The notes beneath the pieces were generated by a model, which saw only the letters and a list, made by a program, of their open reading frames with translations, was not told the DNA's origin and searched no databases. Position numbers and translations under genes: made by a program. Shown here one piece after another: positions 55,979 through 64,000 of a stretch of 64,000 bases of DNA (position 1 is its first letter; the number at the start of each line of letters is the position of its first letter). Source of the stretch: Treponemataceae bacterium (lineage in GTDB: Bacteria; Spirochaetota; Spirochaetia; Treponematales; Rectinemataceae); assembly GCA_963678065.2 (NCBI GenBank), contig CAXXVZ010000004.1, positions 192,001 through 256,000 of the forward strand, written 5' to 3'.

Positions 55979-57649
55979 TCACTCTCTGGCGGCGGGCTTC
56001 TTCGGCCCGAGCTTGACGAAGACCGCGTGGACGAGGGATGCGCCAATGAGTCCCAGGAAGGCGCTCATGGCGAAGCCGACGAGATTGCAGGCGAGGAAGA
56101 GCAGCAGGCCAGGGCCGGTTCCGAGCCCCGCCGAATCGGCGAAGTACAGCATTCCGAGGGAGGAGGCGAGGAAAATCCCCGCAAGAAGCATCTTGCGCCT
56201 CAGAAGCCTCGTCGAAGTCTTCTTGAACCGGATTTTTCCGTCAAAGAGCCCGGAACCGAAGGCGGCGAGGAGCGAGAAGGGCAGTATCCAGGCCAGCACT
56301 CCGATGGACGTGAGAATATCCGGCTTCCAGCCGGGCACGATGATGGCGGCCAGGGCGAGAACCAGCATGATCAGGGTGAGGGCCTGGGGGGCGTGGACGA
56401 TGATGGGGTGGATGTCGAGTTTCAGGATGAACGCCCGGTCGCGTTCGACCGGGTCGACGTAGGTTTCGAAAACCTTGGCGCTGACCCCGCAGGCCGGGCA
56501 GACATCCTTCAAGGCATCTTCGGGCATGATGTACCCGCAAATCTTGCAGCGGACCAGTTTTTTGTCGCCGGCCAGCTTTCCTATCAGATTTCCTATCAGA
56601 TTTCCGACCATGGATTTTTTTTGAGTCATATCCGCCTCCGGATTCAGGTCGTGGTAAAAATCGGCAGGGCGCACCTTGCCCTTGAAAATCGCGTAGACGA
56701 ACAGGGAGTAAACCGCCACGAGGCCGAGACCGACGCAGGCGATCGTTCCCAGGAGCCGCAGGCTGTACTCGGACGCGGCGGCTGAGTAGATCGTGAGACT
56801 CGCGGCGGGATTGGCGCTGTCGGCGACTAAAACCGGATACTGCGAGCTTCCCGCGGCGATGAAGACCCCTGCCGCCTGAAGGAAGGAAGCCGCGAATGCG
56901 AGTTTCTCGCGGCGCGCGCGGAAGACCGCGATCCCGGCGAGCCCGATAGCGCTCAGGATCGTCCCGACAAGGAATCCCGCCGATCCGCCCGACTTCCGTC
57001 CAAAGGCGACGAGGGCGAGGAAGAGGCCGGTAAGGAGGGCGGAGAGAGGCCATAGGTAGGCGAGAGAGCGCCCCGCGACGGCCCGAGCCTCTCTCTCCGT
57101 CTTGAGCCCGAGGTAGAGTGCCCCTTGCGAAAGGCTGAAGGCCACAAAGCAGAGTCCGGAGACGAGAGGCAGGAGTCCGAAGGCGGCGGCGAGGGAGCCG
57201 CCGTAGGGATCGGTTCCGGACAGAGGCATTCCACCGATGAAGAGGCCGAAAAGGTCCCCGACGAGGAAGGCCGCGAGAAACCCGCCCACCGTGAAAACCC
57301 TTTCCCAGACGGCGCGACTCGCAGGCGCCGCCTGTCTGAACCACATCTCGAAGGCGACGGGTCTCAGAATGAGGCAGGCCATCAGGATGAACACGAAGGG
57401 GTACAGGAGGGGAAGCGCGCCGGCGAAGACCGCCGGAAAAACGGCGAATGAAGACCCCACCGCGATGAGCCCCCAGAGTTCGTTCCCGTCCCATACAGGC
57501 CACATGCTCGAGAGCGCGTCGCGCTTCGCCGGGCCTTCCTTCGGCAGGAAGGGCAGCAGCATTCCGATTCCGAAATCGAATCCGTCGAGCGTCATGTACA
57601 TGCAGAAGGCTATCCCGATCAGGAAAAACCACAGTGTGTTGATATCCAT
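55979..57649 (-). CDS. cydB: Cytochrome bd oxidase subunit II in frame with a rubredoxin-like and a membrane (DUF2231-like) domain
   Basis: LDGFDFGIG, PVWDGNELW, LRPVAFE, SLTIYSAA; then CKICG..CPACG and HPIIVHAP followed by about 4 TMs. Confidence 0.85.
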   Translation of the reverse strand: MDINTLWFFLIGIAFCMYMTLDGFDFGIGMLLPFLPKEGPAKRDALSSMWPVWDGNELWGLIAVGSSFAVFPAVFAGALPLLYPFVFILMACLILRPVAFEMWFRQAAPASRAVWERVFTVGGFLAAFLVGDLFGLFIGGMPLSGTDPYGGSLAAAFGLLPLVSGLCFVAFSLSQGALYLGLKTEREARAVAGRSLAYLWPLSALLTGLFLALVAFGRKSGGSAGFLVGTILSAIGLAGIAVFRARREKLAFAASFLQAAGVFIAAGSSQYPVLVADSANPAASLTIYSAAASEYSLRLLGTIACVGLGLVAVYSLFVYAIFKGKVRPADFYHDLNPEADMTQKKSMVGNLIGNLIGKLAGDKKLVRCKICGYIMPEDALKDVCPACGVSAKVFETYVDPVERDRAFILKLDIHPIIVHAPQALTLIMLVLALAAIIVPGWKPDILTSIGVLAWILPFSLLAAFGSGLFDGKIRFKKTSTRLLRRKMLLAGIFLASSLGMLYFADSAGLGTGPGLLLFLACNLVGFAMSAFLGLIGASLVHAVFVKLGPKKPAARE

Positions 57650-57650
57650 C

Positions 57651-59015
57651 TCACTTGTCTCCCAGGCCATTTCTGACCAGGCTCGGCAGGAACTTCAGGA
57701 AAAGTCCCAGGAGGATAGCGTACAGCGCGACGAGAAGGATGAGCGAGCCGAGGACATATGCCGCGGGAACCCCCGAGGCGGCGTCTTTAGTACGGAGAAT
57801 CCCGTAGATCGTCCAGGGTTGGCGTCCGAGTTCGGCCGTGACCCAGCCGAGATCGTTCGCGATGACCGGCAGCGGAATGGCGAAGGTCAGGACCTTGAGG
57901 AGCCAGGGATTCGACTCAAGCCTGTTCTTCCTGCGCAGGATCGCGGTGAAAAGGAGGAGGGCGATCATGAAGACCCCGATGAGCACCATGAAGTGGAAAG
58001 ACTGGAAGACAGTCTGGACGGCGGGCCACTGGTCCTTCGGAAAATCGTTCAGTCCCTTCGAGACGGCGGTAAAACTGCCCGATTCCAGAAAGCTCAAGCC
58101 CCCGGGAATGCCGAGCCCATAGGTCTTGCCTGCGGCGACATCGACGAAGCCGACTCCGTAGAGCGGAGCTCCGGCCTGCGTCTGGAAGATGCCTTCCATG
58201 GCCGGGCTCTTGGGGCCCTGCCAGCGGATGACCTCCATGATCTGGTTGTGGCCCCACAGGGGTTGAACGATGGCCGTCACGACGCACAGCGAGAGGGCGA
58301 TGCCCATCATCTTCCGCGCCGTGTCGGGCTTCCGGCCCTTCCTGAGATACCAGGCTCCGATTCCCAGCATCAGCATCCCTCCGGAAAGCCATGCCGCGGT
58401 GACGGTGTGCAGAAAGCGCCTGAGCATGGTGGGATTGAAGAAAACCCGGAAATAATCGCCGAGGACTATCCTGCCGTTCTCGATCGTAAATCCGTTCACG
58501 GCAGGATCGATCGTCCCGGAAGCCATGTACTGATCGAGAGCCTCGACGGTGTGGAAGGGGGTCTGCATCCAGGAATTGGCCGCGGTGATGATGAGGGCGG
58601 AGAGATGGGCCCCGAGAAACACCATGAAGGCCGAGAAAAGGTAGAGCCCCTTGCCCACCCGGGCGCGGCCGAAGAGGAGGATTCCGGCGAAGGCCGCCTC
58701 CATGGTAAATGCGACGATAGCCTCGATCGCGAGGTTGGCGCCGAGTAGCGGGCCGGCCATGGCCGAGAAGGCCGCCCAGTTCGTTCCGAAGGCGACAGGC
58801 AGGGTGATGCCTGTGGCGACGCCGAAGGCGAAGACGAGCCCGACCATGTTCACCGCCAGCTTCGATATCTCCCGGTACGGCTCCCTGCCTGTCCTGACAT
58901 GGAGGATTTCCACTGCCAGGATGTAGAAGGTGAGCCCCAGAGTGAGCGAGGGGAAAATAAAATGGATGCCCAGCGAAATTCCCGTCTGCATGCGTGAAAG
59001 CGTGGCCGCGTCCAT
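57651..59015 (-). CDS. cydA: Cytochrome bd oxidase subunit I (short Q-loop)
   Basis: HFIFP, FGTNW, NSWMQTP, RFLHT, K..AMEG, FHFMV, ELGRQPW; heme ligands present. Confidence 0.95.
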   Translation of the reverse strand: MDAATLSRMQTGISLGIHFIFPSLTLGLTFYILAVEILHVRTGREPYREISKLAVNMVGLVFAFGVATGITLPVAFGTNWAAFSAMAGPLLGANLAIEAIVAFTMEAAFAGILLFGRARVGKGLYLFSAFMVFLGAHLSALIITAANSWMQTPFHTVEALDQYMASGTIDPAVNGFTIENGRIVLGDYFRVFFNPTMLRRFLHTVTAAWLSGGMLMLGIGAWYLRKGRKPDTARKMMGIALSLCVVTAIVQPLWGHNQIMEVIRWQGPKSPAMEGIFQTQAGAPLYGVGFVDVAAGKTYGLGIPGGLSFLESGSFTAVSKGLNDFPKDQWPAVQTVFQSFHFMVLIGVFMIALLLFTAILRRKNRLESNPWLLKVLTFAIPLPVIANDLGWVTAELGRQPWTIYGILRTKDAASGVPAAYVLGSLILLVALYAILLGLFLKFLPSLVRNGLGDK

Positions 59016-59027
59016 AGGCCCTCCTCC

Positions 59028-59888
59028 TCAATAGAATAAGGCGGATATGAAAAATGCGTTCATGAAGGTCGACGAAAGCAGGTTCATCCGCGCCATCCCC
59101 CGGTAATCGGCCGCGCGCGGGTCGCGGAAGACTCGTATCGTCCAGAGGGCGAGATAGGCGACAAGAGGCAGCTGGGATACGAAATAGAGCGCCGCCTTCA
59201 GGACCGAAGCCATCGCATACATGTAATATGCCATAAAGAGAACCGTCGCCACGGCGAGGAATATCCATCCGAAGATGAAAGTTCCCCTGATTCCGAGGAG
59301 CATGCTCATCGTCCTGTCCCCGCGCGCCGCGTCTTCTTTGTGCTGGTATACCTGAGTGAGGGGATAGGCCGCGAGGAGGAAGACCGAGATGGCGCCTGCG
59401 CCGAGCCAGAATCCCCGCTCTGCGGTCGGAAGACGGCCGCCTCCGACCCAGGCGGTGAGGACATAGACGAAGAGACCCTGGGCCAGGCCGACGAAGATCC
59501 AGCTGGCCACGGCGTAGCGCTTCCATCTCGTCTTGTCCCAGCTGTAGAGCTTGGAACCGACTCCATAAAGGAAACAGGCCAGAGCGAGCCAAGGACTCAG
59601 AATGAAGCCGAGGGCGATTCCCAGCGCGTCGAGCCCGAGAGACCAGTGGAGCAGCTCGCGCGTAGGCATGGGAGGATGCTCCACTCCGCCGATAGGCCCG
59701 GTATCCCTGTCGTAGTACGAATTGAATGAGTTGCTCGCCGTATAGAGGCAGAGATGGAGGATCACGAAGAGCAGAGCGCAGGGGAAGAAAGCCGGTGAGG
59801 TCACCGCGCCGAGGCCGAAAAAGAAGGCGGGGGCGAGGAAGAAGGAAAAGGGAAAGCGCAAGAGGATGAAGGTCTCGCGGCTCGGCAT
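59028..59888 (-). CDS. UbiA family prenyltransferase
   Basis: NSYYDRD (Asp-rich motif 1), YQHKEDAARGD.T (motif 2); about 8 TMs. Confidence 0.85.
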   Translation of the reverse strand: MPSRETFILLRFPFSFFLAPAFFFGLGAVTSPAFFPCALLFVILHLCLYTASNSFNSYYDRDTGPIGGVEHPPMPTRELLHWSLGLDALGIALGFILSPWLALACFLYGVGSKLYSWDKTRWKRYAVASWIFVGLAQGLFVYVLTAWVGGGRLPTAERGFWLGAGAISVFLLAAYPLTQVYQHKEDAARGDRTMSMLLGIRGTFIFGWIFLAVATVLFMAYYMYAMASVLKAALYFVSQLPLVAYLALWTIRVFRDPRAADYRGMARMNLLSSTFMNAFFISALFY

Positions 59889-59897
59889 CGTGACTGG

Positions 59898-59926
59898 ATT
59901 ATAGTCTCCGCCCCGACTGCGGGCAA
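59898..59926 (-). promoter_or_regulatory. sigma70 promoter of the ubiA-cydAB operon
   Basis: Minus strand TTGCCC-17-TATAAT ending 9 nt before the ATG. Confidence 0.65.
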
Positions 59927-60011
59927 CGCCCCTTCCTTCGGTCAGCTTTCTGGTTGAGGCAACACGGCGCGGCCTGCGCCGCCCAATTTCCGGAGGATGT
60001 CGCCGGAAGGT

Positions 60012-60998
60012 TCAGATCTTCCGGGCGTACTCTTTTAAAAGGGCGGCATATATGCGGTAGTTTTCCAGACTGACATCGGGCGGCGTCTGATGGTCGCAGG
60101 AAGGTATGAACCCGCCGGAGCGCATCGCCGGCAGAAGCCTCTCGAACTCGTCGCGCATCGCGCCTTCACCCGACTTCATCACCCGCTTGTCGAATCCTCC
60201 GATAAACAAAAAATGTGGGTGCGCCTTCCGGAGCTCCGCGACATCGACGCCCGACTGCCGTTCCAGGGGCAGGATTCCGTCGACGCCGAGAGCCTCGAAC
60301 CAGGGTATGACGGGGCGGACATCGCCGTCCGAATCGACGAAAACCTTTATTCCGCGCGCGTGGAGGGCCGGAACGAGGACACGGTAAAAGGGCGCGAGAA
60401 ATTCCTCGAAGGCTGCGGGCGAGAGCATAGGCCCCAAGTTGTAGGACAGATCCTCGGCCAGGGTGACGAAATCGGGAACCGCGACGCCGCAGAACTCGTC
60501 CAGGATTTTCAGGTTGAATTCGAGCAATCGACTGTTCATCTCGTTCATGAGTCCGGGCTCGTCGTAGAAGGCGAGCAGATGATTCTCGATGCCGAGAAGC
60601 TCCCGCGGATGCCAGAAAAACCCCTCGAAACTCGCCCAGACGACAAGATCGCCGCGCTCCTGCGCTTCGCGCCAGCCGGCCACGCGGGCCTTGTCGAAAC
60701 GATCGATCCTGTACAGCTCCGGAAGCAATGCCCGGTATTCTTGCGCGCTCCGGACAATGGCGGCGCCGTGGGTCGCGGGTTTCGGACATCCGGGGCCCAG
60801 TGCCTCGATCCAGTATTGGCGGTGCTGGTCGAGACCGAATTCCGAAAAGAGGGCGCCAGGGACCGAGGAGGGCACAGAGAGTCCCTCGGAATTCCAGCGC
60901 TGAAGAGTCGATGTCCACCAGGAGGCCCATTCGATGACAGGCAGTCGATCCGGTCGGCCAAATCCCAAGACGGTGCAAAAACGTTCGCGCGTGTTCAT
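60012..60998 (-). CDS. Uroporphyrinogen decarboxylase / MtaA-CmuA superfamily protein
   Basis: MNTRERF....F..PDR, EDL....GP.LSP..F.EF..P.Y, DSDG, GGFDK, GGFIPSCDH. Confidence 0.82.
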   Translation of the reverse strand: MNTRERFCTVLGFGRPDRLPVIEWASWWTSTLQRWNSEGLSVPSSVPGALFSEFGLDQHRQYWIEALGPGCPKPATHGAAIVRSAQEYRALLPELYRIDRFDKARVAGWREAQERGDLVVWASFEGFFWHPRELLGIENHLLAFYDEPGLMNEMNSRLLEFNLKILDEFCGVAVPDFVTLAEDLSYNLGPMLSPAAFEEFLAPFYRVLVPALHARGIKVFVDSDGDVRPVIPWFEALGVDGILPLERQSGVDVAELRKAHPHFLFIGGFDKRVMKSGEGAMRDEFERLLPAMRSGGFIPSCDHQTPPDVSLENYRIYAALLKEYARKI

Positions 60999-61069
60999 GG
61001 CTTGACAGTGTAGAAAGAGGATGTCTCAATATCAACGCATTATTTTGCAAATAATAAGGCTATTTTTGC

Positions 61070-62011
61070 ATGAGATCGATTTCGCTGCCCGAACACCGTT
61101 TCCCGACGATGAGAACCATCGGGCTCGCCGTCCAGCATTTCCCCTCGTACATCCACACCGAGCCCGAGGGGCCACACAGACACGAACATCTCGAAATGTT
61201 CTGCGTCGTCGCGGGGAATGCGCGAAGCGTGGTGGACGGACATCCCTTCGTCGAGTTCCCCGGCTCGGTGGTCATCCTGCCCTTCGGCGACTCTCACGAG
61301 CTTCTGACAGGCCCAGAAGGAGTCGAAGTCATCAATGTCTACCTGGACCTGAGGCGTTTCGTCCCGCCGGCCTTCCCTCCCGAAATCGAAAGCCTGATCG
61401 CACCCCTTTTGCCCACTGGCCTCGCTTTCCGGCACCGGATGAATGAAAGGATTCTGGTCCTGCCCGAAAATCCCGAGCGCATCCTCGGCCTTTTGTCCAC
61501 CCTCGTCGAGGAACAGGACAGAGCGGAGGCTGTCGGGCGGGAAGAGTGCATGACGGCAGTCTTTTCGCTTTTCCTGCTGGAATTGGCCCGCGGTGTGTCG
61601 AAGATGGCGAAAGAGGGAACCTTCGGCATTTCCTCTCCCGCCACTTTGCGAGCGGGCTGCGCCAGCCCGGCGGAGCGGATGAGGATACGCCTGGATTTCC
61701 AGCCCGAGCGCGATGTCGATGTGGCGCACTCCGCACAGGAGCTCGGAATATCTGCCGCGGGGCTGTGCAGATCCTTCCGCTCACTCACGGGGCGGACGAT
61801 CCTCGAATACCTGCATCGCAGACGGATCGAGCGAAGTCTTCGCCTTTTGCGAACATCGGAGAGAAAAATCGCCGACATAGCTTTCGAGACGGGTTTCAGG
61901 GATCTATCGTTTTTCAACAGGAAATTCAGGGATATTGTCGGGATTTCCCCGAGGGATTACCGGAAATCCGCGCACCGTCCGCGCCCGGGATCTCCCGGAT
62001 TCCCTGTCTAG
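61070..62011 (+). CDS. AraC family transcriptional regulator
   Basis: H.HEHLE cupin; GF.DLSFFNRKF...VG.SP..YR. Confidence 0.9.
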   Translation: MRSISLPEHRFPTMRTIGLAVQHFPSYIHTEPEGPHRHEHLEMFCVVAGNARSVVDGHPFVEFPGSVVILPFGDSHELLTGPEGVEVINVYLDLRRFVPPAFPPEIESLIAPLLPTGLAFRHRMNERILVLPENPERILGLLSTLVEEQDRAEAVGREECMTAVFSLFLLELARGVSKMAKEGTFGISSPATLRAGCASPAERMRIRLDFQPERDVDVAHSAQELGISAAGLCRSFRSLTGRTILEYLHRRRIERSLRLLRTSERKIADIAFETGFRDLSFFNRKFRDIVGISPRDYRKSAHRPRPGSPGFPV

Positions 62012-62021
62012 ACCTCAGCTC

Positions 62022-62996
62022 TCACTGCCCGAGAAGATGGCTCTGGTACTTTTCCGCGAACAGCGCGGGTTGCCCGCCCGTGTTCCAGAACAGGATGGTC
62101 TCGTCCTTGCGGAAATAACCCAGGCGGATGAGGTCGATGAGGCCGGCGGCCGCCCGCCCCGTGTAGACGGGGTCGAGGAGGAGGCCCTCGTACCGCGCGA
62201 AGAGCTGCACGGCCTCCCGCTCCGCCGGAGTCAGGACGCCGTATCCGGCCGAGCAGTAGGCGTCGGTCGCGAGCACATCGCCCGGCCCGAACGCGATCCT
62301 CTCGCCCAGCAGTTCCGAGGCATCCGAGGCGAGGGCGGACACGCGGGCTTTCAGCCAGCTCTCCGACTCGTCGATGCTGATTCCGAGCACCTTTCCCGCA
62401 TAGCCGAAGACGCGCGAGCCGAGAACGAGTCCCGCGTGTGTCCCGCCGGAGGAGGTGCCGAAGACCATGCAGTCGGCGCGAAGCCCCTGGCGCAGGAACT
62501 CGTCCACGGCGAAGGCGTAGCCGAGGGCGCCCGTCGGGCTCGATCCGCCGTATGGCACGAAATAGGGCTTTCCGCCCGAATCCTCGAGCTGTCTGAAGGT
62601 CTCCTTCTGGACGCGCTCGCGGTCGGCCCGCTCGGCGACCCATACGATCCTGGCCCCGAACAGGGTATCGAGGAGAAGGTTGGCCGAGAGTTCGGAGGGT
62701 TTTTCTCCGTTGAGGACGAGGACGCAGTCGAAGCCGCCGCGCGCAGCAGCAGCCGCGGTCTGGCGGCAGTGGTTGGACTGCGCAGCTCCCGCCGTGATGA
62801 GGGTGCGCGCCCCGCGCCCGCTCGCCTCTGCCACGAGGAATTCGAGTTTGCGCGTCTTGTTCCCGCCGAAGGCGAGCCCTGTCTGGTCATCTCTCTTGAC
62901 GAAGATCCTCGGCCCGCCGAGCAAATCCGACAATCGCGGCAGCTCTTCTATCGGAGTCGGCAGATGGGCGAAATGACTTCTCGGTACCGTTTTCAT
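62022..62996 (-). CDS. dcyD: D-cysteine desulfhydrase family PLP enzyme
   Basis: KRDD.TG..FGGNKTRKLE, QSNH, SSGGT.AG, LDPVYT, WNTGG (Thr/Thr rather than the Glu/Leu of ACC deaminase). Confidence 0.8.
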   Translation of the reverse strand: MKTVPRSHFAHLPTPIEELPRLSDLLGGPRIFVKRDDQTGLAFGGNKTRKLEFLVAEASGRGARTLITAGAAQSNHCRQTAAAAARGGFDCVLVLNGEKPSELSANLLLDTLFGARIVWVAERADRERVQKETFRQLEDSGGKPYFVPYGGSSPTGALGYAFAVDEFLRQGLRADCMVFGTSSGGTHAGLVLGSRVFGYAGKVLGISIDESESWLKARVSALASDASELLGERIAFGPGDVLATDAYCSAGYGVLTPAEREAVQLFARYEGLLLDPVYTGRAAAGLIDLIRLGYFRKDETILFWNTGGQPALFAEKYQSHLLGQ

Positions 62997-64000
62997 TAGT
63001 CCCTCGGATATTGTTCGTAGATTTTTCCGTCCAGGAAAGCCTCGGCCGCGTCGGGAGCGAACTGGCTTCCCATGCAGGAGGCGATCTCCGAAATGGCCTT
63101 TTCCACGGGAAGGGCGGATCGGTAAGGGCGGGTAGAAGCCATGGCGTCGAAGGAATCTCCGACGGCGATGATCCTCGCGAGCGGGTCGATGGCCTCGCCC
63201 GCGAGCCCGTCGGGATAACCCTTGCCGTCCCAGCGTTCGTGGTGCTGGCGGACGGAAGGCAGACAGGGCGCGAAGAATTCGACGTGGGAGAGTATCTGGG
63301 CTCCCGTGACAGGGTGCTGCCGGATGAGCTCGAACTCCTCGGGCTCGAGCTTCGTGCTCTTGTTGAGCACGCTCTCGGGGATGCCGATCTTGCCGATGTC
63401 GTGCAGGAGGGAGGAGTACTCGAGAATCTCGATGTTCCGGGCCGAGAGGCCGAGCACCTTGGCTATGCCGACGGCGACGAGGCGGACCCGCTGACAATGG
63501 CCCCTTGTGTACTGATCCTTCGCCTCGATGGTCTCCGCGAGGACCTTGACCGTCTCCATGTTGGTCCGCCGGAGCTTGACATAGGCGTCGTTGAGCTCCA
63601 TCGTCCTCGCCTCGACCTTGAGTTCGAGCTGGAGGCGGTATTCCTCGTTGCGGCGGGCGAGTTCGGCGTTCTCCATGAGAAGCTCGCGGTGCGAGAAGGC
63701 CCTGTCTATGGCCTGGAGCAGTTCTTCGAGCCGGACAGGCTTGACGAGATAGTCGAAGGCTCCGTCGCGCATGGACTCAATGCCGTTGGAGAGGTCGTTG
63801 AAGGCTGTCAGCATTATGACGGGGACGGTCGGATTCCGTTTTTTGATGTGAGGAAGCGCCTCGCGGCCCGTCATCACCGGCATCCTTATGTCGAGAAGCA
63901 CGCAATCGGGGTCGAAATTTCCCGAATCCAGGGCATCGAGGGCCTCGCGGCCGTCGCGCGCGACGGAAACGGCGAATCCGGATTTTTCAAGTCCGAGCGA
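62996..64000 (-). CDS. Response regulator with HD-GYP phosphodiesterase domain (RpfG-like), 5' end outside window
   Basis: REC (LLDIRMP, LTA, KP), coiled coil, GHCQRV, LHDIGK, HHERWDG.GYP, RPY; frame is open to the window edge. Confidence 0.92.
   Translation of the reverse strand, partial: SLGLEKSGFAVSVARDGREALDALDSGNFDPDCVLLDIRMPVMTGREALPHIKKRNPTVPVIMLTAFNDLSNGIESMRDGAFDYLVKPVRLEELLQAIDRAFSHRELLMENAELARRNEEYRLQLELKVEARTMELNDAYVKLRRTNMETVKVLAETIEAKDQYTRGHCQRVRLVAVGIAKVLGLSARNIEILEYSSLLHDIGKIGIPESVLNKSTKLEPEEFELIRQHPVTGAQILSHVEFFAPCLPSVRQHHERWDGKGYPDGLAGEAIDPLARIIAVGDSFDAMASTRPYRSALPVEKAISEIASCMGSQFAPDAAEAFLDGKIYEQYPRD

Noticed and set aside
60012..60998. hemE
   Set aside because: Lacks the N-terminal RQAGR motif and heme-pathway context.
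62022..62996. ACC deaminase
   Set aside because: Has Thr/Thr (DPVYT, NTGG) where true AcdS has Glu/Leu.
1..64000. tRNA, rRNA, riboswitch, IS or prophage elements
   Set aside because: None recognised by eye; intergenic regions are short and no transposase or integrase motifs were seen. A covariance-model scan would be needed to exclude small RNAs.

Overview
GC-rich, gene-dense bacterial chromosomal window, probably from an anaerobic or microaerotolerant spirochaete (inferred from the OmpA lipoprotein and Pfk type; not verified). About 60 CDSs; no rRNA, tRNA, CRISPR array, IS element or phage gene was recognised. In order: a Liv-type ABC importer with an SDR, two atypical FabH-like enzymes, a double-TetR and a CoA-transferase; a PadR/HAAS-DUF4097 module; tatD-tcdA; a complete echABCDEF hydrogenase; pdxR/pdxST; an XylR-linked operon (GDP-mannose 3,5-epimerase-like enzyme, GHMP sugar kinase, tandem nucleotidyltransferase, ManC, EamA, amidohydrolase); OmpA; pfk; acn-icd-gltA; IclR-TRAP-aldolase-YhcH; a flippase::GNAT fusion plus a second GNAT; a DEAD-box helicase; rhamnose aldolase and isomerase; an operon of UbiA-cydA-cydB::rubredoxin-FAD monooxygenase; UroD-like/AraC; D-cysteine desulfhydrase; and an HD-GYP response regulator. 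Best candidates for undescribed systems: (1) a possible GDP-sugar 'Leloir-like' L-hexose salvage operon, (2) a cytochrome bd operon carrying its own putative quinone-making genes and a rubredoxin fusion, (3) an MprF-like flippase-GNAT fusion, (4) a pair of FabH paralogues with altered catalytic triads. All functional calls come from motif recognition by eye; no searches were run.
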